A DNA stretch of 49,788 nt from Tolypothrix carrinoi HA7290-LM1 (GTDB lineage Bacteria > Cyanobacteriota > Cyanobacteriia > Cyanobacteriales > Nostocaceae), in contig JAHHIK010000061.1 of NCBI GenBank assembly GCA_019358935.1, positions 1-49,788 on the forward strand, in the 5' to 3' direction. A program made the translations under genes and the position numbers. The notes below the pieces were generated by a model, which worked only from the letters and a program-made list of their open reading frames with translations, was not told where the DNA came from and did no database searches. This document shows, piece after piece, positions 48,029 to 49,788 of this stretch (position 1 is its first letter; each line of letters begins with the position of its first letter).

Positions 48029-49183
48029 CTATTTAGAATTAATATGACTCATAAAGCGTTGTAAAACAGCTTCGGGAGATAAATTAGGTCTGGGTAAGTC
48101 TTTGAGGGTTCCCGAACGAATTTTCAAATGTGCGAATTTTGGTCTAGTGTTGCTATCTGAGGCAAATAAAGCATCTAAAAGCTTCATGTCGTCTCCTGCG
48201 AATGCGATACCATAACCGCACGCTTCGGCAATTTTGGCAAAAGAGACATTAGCAGAAACGGTGGCTTGTGCGCCGGTAGAATCGTGTGCTTCATTATCTA
48301 AAAGGATATGAATTAAGTTAGAATTGCCATAAGCGCCGATGGTAGCAAAATTACCCATCCGCATCAGTGCTGCACCATCGCCATCAATCACTACTACCTT
48401 TAAATCGGGACGTGCTAAAGAAAGCCCTAAACCCAGTGATGAAGCACATCCCATCGAACCAACCATATAGAGATGATTTGCTCTGTCACTATTTGCAAAG
48501 AGTTCCCGTCCGGTGAATCCGGTAGTCGCTATTACTACAGTATTTTTTTCCTCAGTAAGTTCCACAATGCGAGTTAGTGCTTGATAGCGAGAGACACGTT
48601 GTTGATTGTCTGCAAAAAAGCTTTTGATAATGCGATCGCTATCTCCCCGATGAGGAATAGAAGAACGAGTCAACGCTGATGGTGCTATTGTTCCCTTACG
48701 CATAATTAAAGCGTAAGGTCGGCGTTGTTGTTTCATGTAAGTTGTAGCGCGTTGCAGCACAGATTCTATTTCCGCTGCTGCGGTGGGGAAAAATTCCCAA
48801 GGTACAGAGATTGTTTCTAACAATTTATCTGTAATTTGCCCCATGAGTTCATGTTGTGGTTCATCATGTAGTAGGCGATCGCCTCGCAGCGTACAAATTA
48901 GCAGCAGCGGAATCCGAAAAATATAAGCTAAAGAAGTTAGCGGATTAATTGCATTACCCAAACCGGAATTTTGCATCATAACTACAGCAGGTTTCCCAGC
49001 AATTGCTGCACCCGCTGCTGTCGCTAAAGCATCACCCTCATTAGCTGAAGAAATATAAGTAAGTTTCTCGTCGTTGATAACGTAATTAATAAAAGGAGTC
49101 AGAAAAGAACAGGGTACACCAGCGTACCATTCAAAGCCGATATTGCGGGCAGCTTCGACAAATTCCTCAGCTTGAATCATCAT
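48029..49183 (-). CDS. aepY: Phosphonopyruvate decarboxylase
   Basis: GVPCSFL, NEGDA, MQNSGLGN, DEPQHELMG, TTGFTGREL, GSMGCA, DGDGAALM..N, HDSTGAQ. Confidence 0.93.
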   Translation of the reverse strand: MMIQAEEFVEAARNIGFEWYAGVPCSFLTPFINYVINDEKLTYISSANEGDALATAAGAAIAGKPAVVMMQNSGLGNAINPLTSLAYIFRIPLLLICTLRGDRLLHDEPQHELMGQITDKLLETISVPWEFFPTAAAEIESVLQRATTYMKQQRRPYALIMRKGTIAPSALTRSSIPHRGDSDRIIKSFFADNQQRVSRYQALTRIVELTEEKNTVVIATTGFTGRELFANSDRANHLYMVGSMGCASSLGLGLSLARPDLKVVVIDGDGAALMRMGNFATIGAYGNSNLIHILLDNEAHDSTGAQATVSANVSFAKIAEACGYGIAFAGDDMKLLDALFASDSNTRPKFAHLKIRSGTLKDLPRPNLSPEAVLQRFMSHINSK

Positions 49184-49261
49184 TAAAAAGTTAAAGGTTA
49201 GGAATTATATCATTGACGACAAATCACAATTGTAGGGACGTTCCAATGGAACGTCTCTACT

Positions 49262-49666
49262 TCATTGTTTTAATTGAAAAGCCAAATCGAGGTCATCCAA
49301 AGAATTAACATCTAGCCAATTACCACGAATATAAAGAACCTTAATCGGTTTAGCCTGCCCAATTAAATAATTGCATAATTCTGGCATCCCCATACAATTA
49401 AAATCTGGTTGCTTTTGCAACTCATTTAGTGCTTCACTCACCCATTGTTTACCTTGAGCGCGTAAGCGTAACATCCCAATCCATCTTCCACTCTTATTTT
49501 TTAATTCAGTTTGTCTTGCTTTAGAGATATGTAAAAGGTTGACATCTTGTCCAAAGATAGAAAGGTCGTCTGCAATTGAGCAATAAGCATAATCAGGAGA
49601 ACCGCTAACCGATTTATTATTCATCACAGAATCGACTACAGCAACAATTTCTCCCGGACAATCTAA
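49262..49666 (-). pseudogene. 3' fragment of a probable PEP mutase / NTP-transferase (AepX-type fusion or PntC-like) gene, cut by an IS
   Basis: LDCPGEIVAVVDS...GRWIGML...YIRGNWLDVNSLDDL resembles the nucleotidyltransferase tail found upstream of aepY; the frame runs into IS sequence at 49667. Confidence 0.7.
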
Positions 49667-49788
49667 GAGGATGTTTGAAAAGTAGGGGTCTATTGTAAGA
49701 AAGCTCACAAGGTTTATGCTGAAATTTGTAGACATCAGCACCTTATGAGCGAATGACTAAAGCATATCCTAATGATCTAACGTGGGAG
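49667..49788 (+). mobile_element. Left end of an IS5-family (IS1031-like) insertion sequence, truncated by the window
   Basis: TAA target at 49664-49666, terminal IR GAGGATGTTTGAAAAGT, transposase start at 49753. Confidence 0.85.
49753..49788 (+). CDS. IS5-family transposase, N-terminal 12 codons
   Basis: MTKAYPNDLTWE resembles the YPSDLT..W N-terminal motif of IS5/IS1031-type transposases. Confidence 0.75.
   Translation, partial: MTKAYPNDLTWE

Overview
Chromosomal window from a filamentous, probably heterocyst-forming (Nostocales-type) cyanobacterium, inferred from abundant HIP1 (GCGATCGC), heptamer STRR arrays and small dispersed repeats. Core genes are hrcA, cysE, the fbp-tal-zwf-opcA operon, cobB/cbiA, infC and ilvN. 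Notable features: (i) a B12-dependent class II ribonucleotide reductase gene (nrdJ, 6887-13860) interrupted by a complete RT-encoding group IIB intron (7259-9744) and two LAGLIDADG-type inteins; (ii) a four-helix-bundle (23S-IVP/Avd-like) gene in the loop of an inverted STRR pair, with apparently 'empty' inverted STRR pairs in many other intergenic spaces; (iii) an unannotated Phd/YefM antitoxin pseudogene between two HIP1 sites, facing a candidate Yfr1-like sRNA; (iv) a hopanoid cluster (hpnH, hpnA, a shortened RND permease, hpnG-like) converging, across an 18 x 21-bp tandem array, on a 2-aminoethylphosphonate biosynthesis operon whose probable PEP mutase/NTP-transferase gene is cut by an IS5-family element at the right edge. 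No CRISPR array, tRNA or rRNA was seen. All calls come from reading motifs by eye; no database search was run.
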